In this document: positions 8,338 to 19,164 of the stretch, piece after piece
Layout: each line of letters begins with the position of its first letter
How positions within the stretch are numbered: position 1 is the stretch's first letter
Assembly: GCA_963814715.1 (NCBI GenBank)
Contig: CAWFDW010000003.1
Location: 216,298-280,297 of the forward strand
Reading direction: 5' to 3'
Origin: an uncultured delta proteobacterium
GTDB taxonomy: Bacteria; Desulfobacterota; Binatia; Binatales; Binataceae
DNA: 64,000 nt
Notes under the pieces: generated by a model
Seen by the model: only the letters and a program-made list of their open reading frames with translations
Databases searched by the model: none
What the model was told of the DNA's origin: nothing
Made by a program: the position numbers and the translations under genes

Positions 8338-9105
8338 ATGAATCTGAAAAATGCGGTCGCGCTTGTGACCGGTGGCGGCTCCGGACTCGGTGAGGCGACC
8401 GTCCGCGAATTCGCGTCGGCGGGCGCCAAGGTCGCGATTCTCGATTTACCGTCTTCGCCCGGCGCAAAAGTCGCCGAGTCGCTCGGCGCCAACGCGTTGT
8501 TCGTCGAAGCGGACGTCGGTTCGGCCGATCAGGTCACCGATGCGATTTCAAAAACGGTCGCGAAGTTTGGATCGATCCAGATCGCCGTGAACTGCGCCGG
8601 CATCGGCCGTGCGATGCGCACCGTCACCAAGGATGGCCCGCACTCGCTCGACCTGTTCAGCAAGGTGATCGCGGTGAATCTCATCGGCACGTTCAACGTG
8701 ACGCGGCTGGCAGCGGCGCAGATGACAAAAAATCAGCCGGGCACCGACGGCGAGCGCGGCGTGATTATCAATACTGCGTCGGTCGCCGCGTTCGATGGAC
8801 AAATCGGGCAGGTCGCCTACTCGGCGTCGAAGGGAGGTGTCGTTTCGATGACGCTGCCGATCGCGCGCGACCTCGCGTCGCTCGGTATCCGCATCTGCAC
8901 AATCGCGCCGGGAACCTTCGAGACTCCGATGCTCGCTGGACTGCCCGAGGCGAATCGCAAAGCACTAGCCGCGCAGATTCCGTTCCCGCAGCGCCTCGGC
9001 AAGCCGTCAGAATACGCAGCGCTCGCGCGCCACATCGTTGAGAATGAAATGCTGAACGGCGAAACAATCCGCCTCGATGGCGCGCTCCGAATGCCACCGC
9101 GCTAA
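8338..9105 (+). CDS. SDR-family 3-hydroxyacyl-CoA dehydrogenase-like oxidoreductase (HSD10 type)
   Basis: TGGGSGLG cofactor motif, NCAG, and the S...YSASK catalytic motif. The C-terminus [14 protein letters not shown] is typical of type-2 hydroxyacyl-CoA dehydrogenases. Confidence 0.85.
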   Translation: MNLKNAVALVTGGGSGLGEATVREFASAGAKVAILDLPSSPGAKVAESLGANALFVEADVGSADQVTDAISKTVAKFGSIQIAVNCAGIGRAMRTVTKDGPHSLDLFSKVIAVNLIGTFNVTRLAAAQMTKNQPGTDGERGVIINTASVAAFDGQIGQVAYSASKGGVVSMTLPIARDLASLGIRICTIAPGTFETPMLAGLPEANRKALAAQIPFPQRLGKPSEYAALARHIVENEMLNGETIRLDGALRMPPR

Positions 9106-9887
9106 ATCGTCGACGCAGTACGGGCGACCCGCGTCGCCAGGATGAATGCGAACGCGGCGAAGGCGATCGCGATTGCTACTGACGATCCCATCGGCATCGT
9201 CGCGCCGCTTGACGCTGGCTCTGCGAGATAGAGTCCCTGACGCAGCGCGTCCACCGCGTAGGTCAGCGGATTCAGACGCGTCGTCCATTGAAACCATCCT
9301 GGCGCGCCCACAACCGGGAATACCGCGCCCGACAGCATCCATATTGGCAGCAACAGCATGTTCATGAACGCGTGGAAGCCTTGCGTCGACTCCGTCTTCC
9401 AGGCCATCGCCAAGCCGATGCTGGTCATGGCGAACGCGATCAATCCCATCACTGCGAGCGACACGAAGATCGCTCCGAGGCTGAGATGGATTCCCGCCAA
9501 CGGCGCCATCGCGAGAAAGATAGCCCCCTGCATCAAGGACAGCGTCGTGCAGCCGAGCGCCTGGCCGAGCACGATCGTCGCGCGCGAAATCGGCGCCACC
9601 AGCACGCCTTGCAAAAATCCCTGGCGTCGATCGTCCACCGTCGATGCTGTCGCGAAGATCGCCGTGAATAGCAGCATCAAGACGATCACGCCGGGATAAA
9701 AATATTGTACGTAGTCGAGGCCAGGCGGCATCCCGCTCGGCTTGAACGAGGCTTGCAGGCCGGCGCCCAGCAACAGCCAGAAAACCAGCGGCGTCGCGAT
9801 AGCGCTCACCACGCGAATCGGTTGGCGGATGAATCGCACGACCTCGCGATACCAGAGCGTTTGGGCTTGAAGAAAAATCTCTCCCAT
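9102..9887 (-). CDS. ABC-2 type transporter permease
   Basis: 261 aa with 6 predicted TM segments. It sits immediately downstream of the ATPase gene (4-nt gap) and its N-terminus ([10 protein letters not shown]) is typical of ABC-2 permeases. Confidence 0.8.
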   Translation of the reverse strand: MGEIFLQAQTLWYREVVRFIRQPIRVVSAIATPLVFWLLLGAGLQASFKPSGMPPGLDYVQYFYPGVIVLMLLFTAIFATASTVDDRRQGFLQGVLVAPISRATIVLGQALGCTTLSLMQGAIFLAMAPLAGIHLSLGAIFVSLAVMGLIAFAMTSIGLAMAWKTESTQGFHAFMNMLLLPIWMLSGAVFPVVGAPGWFQWTTRLNPLTYAVDALRQGLYLAEPASSGATMPMGSSVAIAIAFAAFAFILATRVARTASTI

Positions 9888-9891
9888 TTTC

Positions 9892-10887
9892 CTACTCTGT
9901 CTCCGACGTATTGGCGAAGAATTGATGTCCTGTCAGATGAACGAAGACGTCTTCGAGGGTCGGCTTGCCGAAGGAAACAGATTCGATCTCCTCGCCGAAT
10001 GCGTCGATCAGATCGCGAACCAACTCGTGCGCGCGCAGTTTTTCGATTCGGATCGCACCGTCGACGAGCTGGCTCTTGAGCTTGAAGCGGGCGAGGATCT
10101 TTCGCTGCAGAATTTCCGGCTCTTCAGTTTTAATCACGATCACATCGCCGCCGACTTCGGACTTGAGCTCGCCCGGCGGCGCGCTTGCGACCAGCTTTCC
10201 CTGATGCAGAATTCCGATGCGATCGCATCGCTCCGCCTCTTCCATGTAATGCGTCGTCAGCACGATAGTCACACCTTCATGCTCGCGTAGATGCTCGAGG
10301 TAGTTCCAGAACTCGCGGCGCGCGGCAGGGTCCAGCCCGGTGCTGGGCTCGTCGAGCAGCATCAGCGCCGGCTCATGCAGGAGAGCCTTGGCAAGCTCGA
10401 CCCGGCGCTGCAACCCGCCCGACAACGTCTCAACCCGGTCGCGCTCGCGCGGCGACAGTCCAAGGCGTTCGAGCATCGCTGCGCTGCGATCGCGCAGCCG
10501 CTTGCCGGAGATTCCATATAGATGACCGTGAGCCGAGAGATTTTCGCCGACCGTCAGCTTGCCGTCGAGACTGGGATGCTGGAACACGACACCGAGATGC
10601 CGCCGCACGGTGGCGGTTTCGCCCGCCAGATCGTGACCGAAGAGTCGTGCGCTGCCGGATTGAATCGGCGCGAGCGTCGACAGCAACTTGAAGAGAGTGG
10701 TTTTACCGCCGCCGTTGGGTCCGAGGAAACCGAAAATCTCACCGCGCGCGATCGAAAAACTTACCTCGCTGAGAGCCTCGCGATCGCCGTAGCGGAAACC
10801 AAGCGAACGGGCTTCTATCGCGTCGGTTCCGGCGCGAATCGCATCCGCAGTAGCTTGTGATGAATTGGAAATTATCGATGCACTCAT
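9892..10887 (-). CDS. ABC transporter ATP-binding protein (DrrA/ABC-2 exporter type)
   Basis: Walker A GPNGGGKTT, signature LSGGLQRR, Walker B LMLLDEPSTGLD, H-loop TTH. Confidence 0.9.
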   Translation of the reverse strand: MSASIISNSSQATADAIRAGTDAIEARSLGFRYGDREALSEVSFSIARGEIFGFLGPNGGGKTTLFKLLSTLAPIQSGSARLFGHDLAGETATVRRHLGVVFQHPSLDGKLTVGENLSAHGHLYGISGKRLRDRSAAMLERLGLSPRERDRVETLSGGLQRRVELAKALLHEPALMLLDEPSTGLDPAARREFWNYLEHLREHEGVTIVLTTHYMEEAERCDRIGILHQGKLVASAPPGELKSEVGGDVIVIKTEEPEILQRKILARFKLKSQLVDGAIRIEKLRAHELVRDLIDAFGEEIESVSFGKPTLEDVFVHLTGHQFFANTSETE

Positions 10888-10911
10888 GTTTAAAGATTGC
10901 GACCAGGAAAT

Positions 10912-11691
10912 TTATGGCTCGCCAAGCCCGCCCGCCGGTTGTGTGCCTTGTTCGGGTAGACCGACTTGCGCGCGATGCCATCCGTCTTCGAACGCAGTCG
11001 TGCGCTCTTCGCCGTTGCCATGGCCGGAGGCGTGTCCGACGAAATCGTCGCCTGTGAGCTGGTAGTAGCGCGTTACTTCGACCGAATCGAGGCGCCGTAT
11101 CCCCATTCGCTCGAGCGAGTAGCCGGCGAACTGATCGGCAGAGAGCTCCTTGTTCTTTACCGGCACGTTGGCACTGGCGGCGTCGAAGTCGCTGTGCGCG
11201 AGATGACCGATCTCGTGCGCGAAGATCGCGTAGAGCATAGGCCGGACTGCGTCGGGGTCGTCGATGCGCATCCATTGCTGGAACAGGCCGTCGAGGAATT
11301 TCTGGTTGTAGAAGATGCATCCGCCGTTGCGGGCGTGCGGAGAGCCGGCATTGAGCGACTGGTAAACCTTGAAGTCAGTGCCCCACATGTCGTTGAGCTG
11401 GGCGACGATTGCCTTGTAAGAGTCGCCAGCCGGGCGCGCGGTTTCACCGCACGCCTGTATCTCTGTGGCGCCCGCCGGGACGGCGGGCGCCGCAGCGTCG
11501 GCGCCGGCCTCGGCCGGCGCCTGCGAGGTGGTATGGCGCTCGATGACCTGCCAGTCGTCCTGTGCGCGCGCGATGCGCGCGCACAGGACGACTGCGAGCA
11601 GCGCGAGCGTCGTTGCCACTCCGCGGTAGCTGTGCCCGCGCGCTTCGCGCGCGCGCGCAGCAGCAGCTGCTGATTCTGCTGACATTCTCAA
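10912..11691 (-). CDS. putative exported Zn-metallopeptidase-like protein (HEIGH motif)
   Basis: N-terminal hydrophobic anchor or signal ([16 protein letters not shown]). Single HExxH motif ([12 protein letters not shown]). No precise family recognised. Confidence 0.55.
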   Translation of the reverse strand: MRMSAESAAAAARAREARGHSYRGVATTLALLAVVLCARIARAQDDWQVIERHTTSQAPAEAGADAAAPAVPAGATEIQACGETARPAGDSYKAIVAQLNDMWGTDFKVYQSLNAGSPHARNGGCIFYNQKFLDGLFQQWMRIDDPDAVRPMLYAIFAHEIGHLAHSDFDAASANVPVKNKELSADQFAGYSLERMGIRRLDSVEVTRYYQLTGDDFVGHASGHGNGEERTTAFEDGWHRAQVGLPEQGTQPAGGLGEP

Positions 11692-13370
11692 TTTGTCACG
11701 GCACCGCGCGACGATGAGGATACAGTGTTCGCATACTTCGCCATTACTCCACTCTTATAGTGAGGCTCCGGCGCTTTCCAATTCTTGAGACGAGTCTTGA
11801 TCTCTTCGTCGCTCAGCGCGACATCGAGCCGCCGCTTTGCGATGTCAAACGTTATCACGTCGCCATCGCGAACCGCCGCTATCGGCCCGCCGACCGCCGC
11901 TTCCGGCGCGACGTGCCCGGCCATCAGGCCGTGCGTCGCGCCCGAGAATCGTCCGTCCGTCAGAAGTCCGACCGATTCGCCAAGGCCCTGTCCCGACAGG
12001 GCCGCCGTGACGCCGAGCATCTCGGGCATTCCGGGTGCGCCGCGCGGTCCTTCGTAGCGGATTACGACGACGTCGCCCGATTTGATTTTCTGTGCGGAGA
12101 CCGCCTTGAACGCGTCCTCTTCGCAATCGAATACGCGCGCCGGCCCGCGATGCAACATCCGTTCGTGCCCGGCGACCTTCACCACGCATCCTTCCGGCGC
12201 GAGGTTGCCCTTCAGAATGACCAGCCCGCCGGTTTCCTTGATCGGCTTCGTCACCGCGCGGACGACTTCCTGCCCGGCCGTTTCGCGCGCCGCGTCGGCT
12301 TCGACACCAATGGTTCGACCAGTCACGGTCATCTCGTTTTCGTGGAGCAGCCCCGCTTCCTTCAGGCGTTTTGCGATTAGCGGAATTCCGCCCGCGGCAT
12401 ACATTTCAGTAGCCAGGAAGCGGCCGCCGGGCTTGAGGTCTGCGAGCAGGGGGGTGCGCGAGCTGATGCGATCGAAGTCGTCGATATCGAGCGCGATTCC
12501 CGCCTCGTGCGCGATTGCGAGCAGATGCAGCACGGCGTTGGTCGAGCCGCCCGTCATCGCGACCGACGCGATCGCGTTCTCGATCGCCTTCTTCGTGATT
12601 ATCTGGCTCGGCTTGAGCTTGCGCTTGAGCAAATCGACCGCGAGACGTCCGGCCTGGAAGGCGCTTTCGGGTTTCTTCGGGTCTGTCGCGGGAATGCTGT
12701 TCGAACCCATCGGCGATATTCCTAGAAGCTCAGTCGCCGTCGCCATCGTGTTCGCGGTGAATTGTCCGCCGCATGCGCCCACGCCCGGGCACGCGACATC
12801 TTCAAGTTTTTTGAGATCCTCGAGCTTCATCTTGCCCGCCGAATGCGCACCCACGGCTTCGAACACGTCCTGAATAGAAACCTGCTGATCGCCGAAGCGC
12901 CCCGGCTGAATCGATCCGCCGTAGATCATCAGCGATGGCAGGTCGAGCCGCTGCAGCGCCATCACCGTCGCCGGAATCGTCTTGTCGCATCCGGACATTG
13001 CGACGACGCCGTCGAACAGATGCCCGCGCACGGTGAGTTCGATCGAGTCGGCGATCACTTCGCGGCTAATCAGGGACGCGCGCATGCCATGCGTCCCCAT
13101 CGAGATTCCGTCGCAAACGGCAATCGTGTTGAACTCAATCGGCGTAGCGCCCGCCGCGCGAATCCCGCGCTTAACATGCTCGGCAAGATCCCGCAGATGG
13201 GCCGTGCAGGGCATGATCTCGATCCATGTGTGCGCGACCGCAATTAGAGGCTTGCTGAGATCTTCATCGGTAAAACCGACGGCCTTGAGCATCGCGCGCG
13301 CCGGGGCCCGCGAAGGGCCATCGACCAGCACGCTGCTATTCGAGCGAAGAGAATTTTTGTCGTCTGCCAT
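11688..13370 (-). CDS. ilvD: dihydroxy-acid dehydratase
   Basis: 561 aa from ATG 13370 ([33 protein letters not shown]...). Contains CDKTIP and the other canonical IlvD/Edd motifs. The longer track ORF (to 13556) runs through a tRNA gene and is rejected. Confidence 0.95.
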   Translation of the reverse strand: MADDKNSLRSNSSVLVDGPSRAPARAMLKAVGFTDEDLSKPLIAVAHTWIEIMPCTAHLRDLAEHVKRGIRAAGATPIEFNTIAVCDGISMGTHGMRASLISREVIADSIELTVRGHLFDGVVAMSGCDKTIPATVMALQRLDLPSLMIYGGSIQPGRFGDQQVSIQDVFEAVGAHSAGKMKLEDLKKLEDVACPGVGACGGQFTANTMATATELLGISPMGSNSIPATDPKKPESAFQAGRLAVDLLKRKLKPSQIITKKAIENAIASVAMTGGSTNAVLHLLAIAHEAGIALDIDDFDRISSRTPLLADLKPGGRFLATEMYAAGGIPLIAKRLKEAGLLHENEMTVTGRTIGVEADAARETAGQEVVRAVTKPIKETGGLVILKGNLAPEGCVVKVAGHERMLHRGPARVFDCEEDAFKAVSAQKIKSGDVVVIRYEGPRGAPGMPEMLGVTAALSGQGLGESVGLLTDGRFSGATHGLMAGHVAPEAAVGGPIAAVRDGDVITFDIAKRRLDVALSDEEIKTRLKNWKAPEPHYKSGVMAKYANTVSSSSRGAVTN

Positions 13371-13528
13371 ATCAAATTCCTGCCGAGACCGAATCTGCGC
13401 CAAGCGTTGGACGAAATCGAAGTCCGGACAATGATTTGTACAACAGCGCGCGTCGGCGCGAAATCCCACCCCGCCGCCGTCCTCTTTGCCGGCGCCGCGC
13501 ATCGGCGTAACTTTCTCAGTTGTGCGGC

Positions 13529-13605
13529 GCCCCCTTAGCTCAGATGGATAGAGCACAGGATTCCTAATCCTGGGGCCGTGGGTTCGAATCCCGCAGGGGG
13601 CACCA
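13529..13605 (+). tRNA. tRNA-Arg (anticodon CCT)
   Basis: GCCCCCT acceptor pairs with AGGGGGC. D-arm TAGCTCAGATGGATAGAGC. Anticodon arm CAGGA-TTCCTAA-TCCTG. T-arm GTGGG-TTCGAAT-CCCGC. Encoded CCA. Confidence 0.93.
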
Positions 13606-13673
13606 ACTTCCGCTAGTCATGTAATCATTCGAAAATCTTGATTATCATTTAGCAGAAATGCTAACTATCGTTC

Positions 13674-14003
13674 ATGCCAAGAACAAACGATCAGGTTGTC
13701 GTGTGTACGTATCTGGTGAAAGCGGGACGCGAGAAGGATTTTATCGCGTTGCTCACGCGTCATTGGCCGACGCTTCGAAAACTTGGGCTGGTTCACGAGC
13801 AGCCCCGGATGGCGCTGCAAGGACGCGACACTGACACGACCGCATGCTTCGTCGAAGTGTTCGCGTGGAAGGACCGCGGCCTCGAGGTCGCGCATAAACA
13901 TCCCGAAGTCCTCGCGCTCTGGGAGCCGATGGAACAGATGTGCGAGGCGCGCAACGGGCGCCCGGCGACAGAATTTCCGCACTACGCTGTCGTTGCGTCG
14001 TGA
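13674..14003 (+). CDS. small ABM/Dabb-fold-like protein
   Basis: 109 aa. The pattern VVVCTYLVKAGREKDF...FVEVFAWKDRG...H resembles antibiotic-biosynthesis-monooxygenase-type ferredoxin-like folds. Its stop overlaps the next start (GTGA). Confidence 0.5.
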   Translation: MPRTNDQVVVCTYLVKAGREKDFIALLTRHWPTLRKLGLVHEQPRMALQGRDTDTTACFVEVFAWKDRGLEVAHKHPEVLALWEPMEQMCEARNGRPATEFPHYAVVAS

Positions 14004-14317
14004 CTTCAGTCGCCGTTTCCGAAATCCGCCAAACTGAAACCGTCTTCAATGCGCTAGCACACCAACAGCGCCGCCAGATTTTGCTGGTACTGCGCTTCCG
14101 TGGCGGCACGATGACGGCGGGTCAGATAGCAGAGAGGTTCTCATGCACATGGCCGACCACCACGCGCCATCTGAAAATTCTGGAACATGCAAAACTACTG
14201 CGCGTTAAGAAGAAGGGACGCGAGAGAGTCTACCAGCTGGATTCTTTGAATCTTTGCACTACGGTAGGAAAATGGTTGGGATGGTTTGACAACGCGAAAA
14301 TGATTTCAGGACGCTGA
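14000..14317 (+). CDS. ArsR/SmtB-family transcriptional regulator
   Basis: GTG 14000 overlaps the upstream stop (GTGA). Winged-HTH pattern FNALAHQQRRQILLVL...MTAGQIAERF..TWPTTTRHLKILEHAKLLRVKKKGRERVYQL. Confidence 0.8.
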   Translation: MTSVAVSEIRQTETVFNALAHQQRRQILLVLRFRGGTMTAGQIAERFSCTWPTTTRHLKILEHAKLLRVKKKGRERVYQLDSLNLCTTVGKWLGWFDNAKMISGR

Positions 14318-14325
14318 CCTGTTCA

Positions 14326-15217
14326 ATGACTCGTATTCGCCTGACGTCGATACTCGCGCTGCTCGTCGCATCGTTGAGCCGCGTGCACATCGCAGCACGC
14401 TCGTCCTACCAATGGCGCTGGCGCTATTGTCGGTGCGTCGCGACCCGCGGCTTGCTCGCTGTCATCGAATACCTGGACATGCAAGCCGGCGGGATTCAGT
14501 AACGGAAGGATCACGCTTACAGATACTCAAGAGATCAAGATGAGTTCGGGCGGCGTTGATGGACAGTTCTTTACGCTTCGGCTAACCCAGGACTCCAAAG
14601 GCGGCCATCTTCCGACCTGGGGCGATATGTTTCAATTCCAGGTCTGGGCTATCAATCGCGCCAATACTCTGGTTCCGCTAACCTACCCCTACTCGGTGGA
14701 AGAGATCCTGTTCCAGTATGATGACGTCTTGTCGAAATGGGTCTATCTGTCTCGCTCCAGCGTCCAGCAGATCTCTCCTACAATTCAGGGCGCCGGTACG
14801 ACTATAGGTGATCATCCGGGTAGGGGAAGTTCAATACAGGCGCTGTTCCTCCCAGCCAACACTGAGACTGGAGTTTTTGGCGACAATGGCGGCTTCTTTG
14901 GTCCCGAGGGTAACGGTGTCGTCAGCTACTATCAGATCCAGTCGGGTGTCATTCAGTTTTGCAATTTCGACGCGATTACCACTCTGGCGGCCTTTCGATG
15001 CAACACGACGGGCAATTGGCCTTCGGCGATAGCGCAGACCGCTCCCGTCCAGGTTCCAGCCGGTGGGTGTACCGAATTTCAGGTGCAGATGGTTGCCAAT
15101 AGCGAACCTGCGTCGCGCGTATATACCGGCCACGTTTGCTACATCAACCCCGGTAACTCTGCGGCCGCCTATGCGACATGGAACAGCGTCTACAATGAGG
15201 AGATTCCCAGCAACTAG
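14326..15217 (+). CDS. orphan lipoprotein; frame broken by one extra nt at about 14377 (track ORF 14540-15217 is the C-terminal part)
   Basis: ATG 14326 encodes MTRIRLTSILALLVASL. Skipping A14377 continues as AACTSQ..., which gives a canonical L-A-A-C lipobox. The frame is then open straight into the 225-aa track ORF. No family recognised. Confidence 0.5.
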
Positions 15218-16182
15218 TGAAACGACGAATACTGGCGGGAGTCATGCTAGCGTTTGTGCTGCGTGCAATGTCAGCACAGGCCCAATTCATCGGCGGCGCA
15301 TCGTTTACCGGAAAGGATTCACTCGTCTCGACCTGGTCCGGCACTGGGCCCGCCGCCCTTATAGGATTTGGAGCACTGGGAATGAATCCGCCGGCGTTGC
15401 AGAACCTGGGCGGCGTGGTGCAGCTAGTGTTGCGAAGCACCACCGCTTGTCATTGGGCGACGCCGGATAGCCGATGGACACTCATCCCAAATAGCGAGGC
15501 ACAGGCGCACGGGCTATGCCAGGTGCTCTACTATAGGACCTTTCAGGCGAACGAACATCCGCCCTACAGGTTTCGATGGTTCGTCACAGTACCCTACGAC
15601 ATCAGGACCTATGTGATCTCGAATGTGTCCGGGTTCGACGTTGCATCCAACAACGGTGGGAACGGTATGGCACTCACGGCAAACGGAGTAGCGACGACCA
15701 AGGTTGGCGATTACTTGATGGGCTTCTACGCGAATCTTGCATCTGGCGCGTGGAAACAGCCATCGAACATGGGAATCGCCGTCAAGAATGACTACGGTTA
15801 CGGCGGTCCTGCGAACTTTCCAAACCTGACCACGCAAGCATGGGTCTATCGGCCAGCTTTCACCGGTAACAAGGTTGCGACGGTTGCGGATAAGCCAGTG
15901 GATTGGGTCGCCGACCTGGTAGCATTCAAACCGCTATATCGGATTCCAATACAAACATCAGGCGATATAAATCCCGGCCCTATCTACAACGGATGTAAAG
16001 GCAAAGTAGCTTTGTCGAGCGGCGTCGGAACGTTCAGGAACTCATGCGTCAGAACGACCAGCTTCTGCCAATGCCGTGACACGACCAGGACTGCGAACTC
16101 ATGCACTACAGAGAATCCCACGCCCGGCAGCGTTGAACTGAAGGGCGATAGCACTCACATCGAGTTGGTCAACTGTCTCTAA
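15217..16182 (+). CDS. orphan secreted protein with Cys-rich C-terminal tail
   Basis: GTG start overlaps the upstream stop (TAGTG), so translational coupling is likely. Signal peptide MKRRILAGVMLAFVLRAMSAQA. The last 70 aa contain 6 Cys. No family recognised. Confidence 0.65.
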   Translation: MKRRILAGVMLAFVLRAMSAQAQFIGGASFTGKDSLVSTWSGTGPAALIGFGALGMNPPALQNLGGVVQLVLRSTTACHWATPDSRWTLIPNSEAQAHGLCQVLYYRTFQANEHPPYRFRWFVTVPYDIRTYVISNVSGFDVASNNGGNGMALTANGVATTKVGDYLMGFYANLASGAWKQPSNMGIAVKNDYGYGGPANFPNLTTQAWVYRPAFTGNKVATVADKPVDWVADLVAFKPLYRIPIQTSGDINPGPIYNGCKGKVALSSGVGTFRNSCVRTTSFCQCRDTTRTANSCTTENPTPGSVELKGDSTHIELVNCL

Positions 16183-16187
16183 GTGGA

Positions 16188-16222
16188 GAGAGGCAAGAAG
16201 TTGGATGTCCTTCTTGCCTCTC
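16188..16222. terminator. bidirectional hairpin between convergent genes (13-bp perfect stem, no U-tract)
   Basis: GAGAGGCAAGAAG-TTGGATGTC-CTTCTTGCCTCTC lies 6 nt after the stop at 16182 and 64 nt beyond the stop of the S53 gene. Confidence 0.5.
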
Positions 16223-16285
16223 GAGTTCAGGTTTCATAGGCGCCGCATGTTAGTGCATAAGCGCCATCGACAAATTCTCCGACCA

Positions 16286-17873
16286 TCAACCGTGCTTGTG
16301 CCCGGGCTTCCCCGTAAGTACCGCCGCGATGCTGCTGCCGTCCGGGCTTCCCAACCCGGTGCAGCCGTTCCAACCGTCCGCTGCTGCGAAGTCGCCGTTG
16401 TTGCCCTTGGTAATCGGGTTGAAGGCGGCTCCGCTTTTGTACAGCGTCGGGTTGACGAAGCCGACCGGCTTGCCGTTGTGTGAATTGATTCGCGCGATCA
16501 GGCCGGCCCACAGCGGCGCCACCGCGCTGGTTCCGCCGATCACCGTATCGTTGCCATCGACTCTCACGTCATAGCCGGTGTTTTCGTCGGCGTCGCCCGC
16601 GACGTCCGGCACGCCACGCATTGTCAATTTTCGCTTTCCTCCCACGGTCAACGCAGCGCTCAGACCTTCCTGGTAGGGTGGTACCTTAAAGAAACCGCTG
16701 ATGCCGCCGCCGGTCGCGCCACCCTGGGCGCCGTCGTTCCAGACCGTCTCGCTGGCGATCGATTTTCCCGACGCTCGCAGGCTGGTGCCGCCGCATGAAA
16801 GCGCATGAGGGCTCGATGCCGGGAAATCGACGTTCTCCGATCCGTCGCTGGCGCCATCGCTCGAGCCGTTATCGCCTGCCGCGACGCATACCGTGATGCC
16901 CATCGTGGCTGCGTCCTGAAAGGCCTGGTCAAAGGCGGTCATCGACTGCGTTGTCCAGCCGGATTCGGAACCACCCCAACTGATCGAAATCACCGAAGGC
17001 CGGTTGGTGGTGTCGTGAATCGCAGTCGTGATCGCGTTGAAAAATCCCTGGTCAGTATTAGGCGCGAAATACACCGCGATCCGCGCCGCCGGTGCTATTG
17101 CGCCCGCGACTTCAATATCCAGCATCACCTCGCCGTCAGGGCCATTCGCATCGCCGGTAGGATTGTTTCTGCCGTGGTCAACCGACACGGTTGAGACCTT
17201 TGGAAGCGGCACTTTCAGATCCGCAAAGTACTTATGCAAGTCCTCGGGCCGATAACCTCCGCCGAGTTCGATTATCCCGATGCATTCTCCTTTTCCGTCG
17301 CCCGCCGCGAAGTTGTACAGCGATGCAAGCTGGATCGGGCTGAAGGAGTTTGAAACCGCCCGCCAATGGATGTTGCCCTGAAGGCGGCTCCGAAAATGAG
17401 GTCGCGCTTGCGGGCGATCGTCGAGCCCGAAAACGCCTTCGACCTTGTCGCTCAATTCGTTCGGCAGATGAATCGCGCCTACGCGCCCGCGATGGGTTCC
17501 GCCATCGTGTTGAACCCGCTCCAACTCGACGCCGAAAGCCCGATTGAACTGATCGACGGTGCCGGCCAGGATCACCGTCCGCCGTGCAGCACTTTCCTGC
17601 ACGACCGTCAGGCCTTGCGAACCGGCGAATTTTTTCACCGCATCGATATCGTCCTGATTGGCGCCGAAATCCTTGGCGAAATCCTCGCGTTTGATCGGCG
17701 CCGACGATCCGCCGGTGCGATGCAGATCCGTGATTCGACTACTCAAGGCATCGCCTCCTCGATGCCGCAACAGGACAGTAACTTCGAGCCGCTCGGTTCG
17801 GATCGCATTTGCCAAGCGACTCAGACCCTGCGAGCGCACGACGCTCGCTACCCTTCAAGACATGGTTCGCCAT
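16286..17873 (-). CDS. S53 (sedolisin/kumamolisin-type) serine-carboxyl peptidase with pro-domain; frameshift at 17795
   Basis: Pro-kumamolisin-like N-terminus (VLKGSER...DPNERLEVTVLLRHRG). Catalytic-domain motifs (IGIIELGGGY, EVMLDIEV, ISISWG, GGTSAVAPLWAGL). ATG 17873 lies 7 nt after AAGGAGG but in another frame; removing C17795 joins ...KCDPN to ERLEVTV.... Confidence 0.85.
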
Positions 17874-18043
17874 CGCATTCCCTCCTTTGATTGGAAAAAC
17901 TCTGTCTATGTCTCCGGCTGTACCACCGCGCCAGAGTTAATGAAAGCGGGGCATCGCGCTAACAGAGTGTTGACAGATCGGCGCCGCCCCGCACTCGATT
18001 CAGTGTTCGCCGCGGGCGATCGCGTCGGCTAAGAGGCGCGTCC

Positions 18044-19151
18044 CTAATTCGGCGAAGGCTCGACCAGATGGCACGAATAGGTCTTGATAACCAGCCAGAT
18101 TTGCTTTCCGGGTTCCAATTGCAACGAATCGATAGCTCCTGGAGTCAGGTGTGCCTCGAAGATTGCGCCTGCTTCTATCGTTACTACTACCCGTACTCCT
18201 TCGCGGCGGATTGACTGGATACTTCCCTGAAAAGAATTGCGAGCGCTCAGGCCTTGCGGATGAGTGGACGCTAGCATGATGTCGCCGGCGCGGATTGCTA
18301 TTCTTACTCGCGCTCCTGGCTCCGCGTGGCCTAGTGGGACCTCCAGTTGAGTCGCGCTGCCATCCAGTTGGCATAGCATTGTGCCCTGGGTTTCCGCGAT
18401 TGCTCGCACGGTCGTATCGAAGACATTTTCGAAACCTACTACCTGCGCGATTGTTTCGTGGCGCGGGGTGGTCAGAACGTACTGAGGCATTCCTTGGGCA
18501 AGGATGCGACCATCTTCCAGGACTATTACCCGCTCTCCTAGTGCGAAAGCTTCTTCGGGGGAATGGGTCACGTACAGGATTGGAATCTCGTGGGCTGCGT
18601 TCCACGCGCGCAGGTCGTCGAGGATTTTAGATTTGGTTGCGTTGTCGAGCGCCGTAAGCGGCTCATCGAGCATCAGCGCGGCGGGATTCGTAACCAGCGA
18701 GCGCGCAAGCGCTACGCGTTGACGTTCACCGCCGGAGATTTCACCGGGCTTGCGCGCGATCAGATTCGCGATACGAAACGACTCTAGTATCGACATCATG
18801 AGTGCTCGGCGCTCGTCGGCGGGCAGTTTCGCGATTCCGTATTGGACGTTTTGCGCGACCGTCAGATGGGGAAACAACGCCAGACTTTGAAAGACGTAGC
18901 CCAAATGACGCCCCGGCACCGGCGTGTCGATGCGACCGTCCGAATCGAACAACACCCGCGCGCCGAGTGTTATCCGGCCGCTATCCGGCCGCGCGAAACC
19001 CGGCGATGCAATTCAGCAGCGTCGTCTTGCCACCGCCCGAAGGTCCCAGGATCATCGTGAACCCTGCAGATGCTTCGAACGCGGCGTCGAGCGCGAAGGC
19101 GTTCGACAGCCGATGCGTTATACGCACGGACAAACATTTCCCGGATGCCAT
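18044..19151 (-). CDS. modC: molybdate ABC transporter ATP-binding protein; frameshift at 18995
   Basis: The N-terminal fragment from ATG 19151 carries Walker A (GPSGGGKTTLLNCIAGF) and stops after 56 aa. Skipping one nt restores ARPDSGRITLGARVLFDSDG.... The C-terminal part has LSGGERQRVALARSL, LMLDEPL and a TOBE/Mop-like tail. It follows modA and modB. Confidence 0.85.
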
Positions 19152-19164
19152 CGTTGGCGCGATG

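Noticed and set aside
13371-13556. N-terminal 62-codon extension of the ilvD ORF (track 11688-13556)
   Set aside because: It runs antisense through the tRNA-Arg gene (13529-13605). It is Arg/Gly-rich and unlike IlvD. The canonical IlvD N-terminus starts at ATG 13370.
13529-17900. Genomic island integrated at tRNA-Arg
   Set aside because: No integrase or recombinase and no direct repeat of the tRNA 3' end were found downstream. Only the 14.3-16.2 kb pair looks compositionally odd, so I report just that pair.
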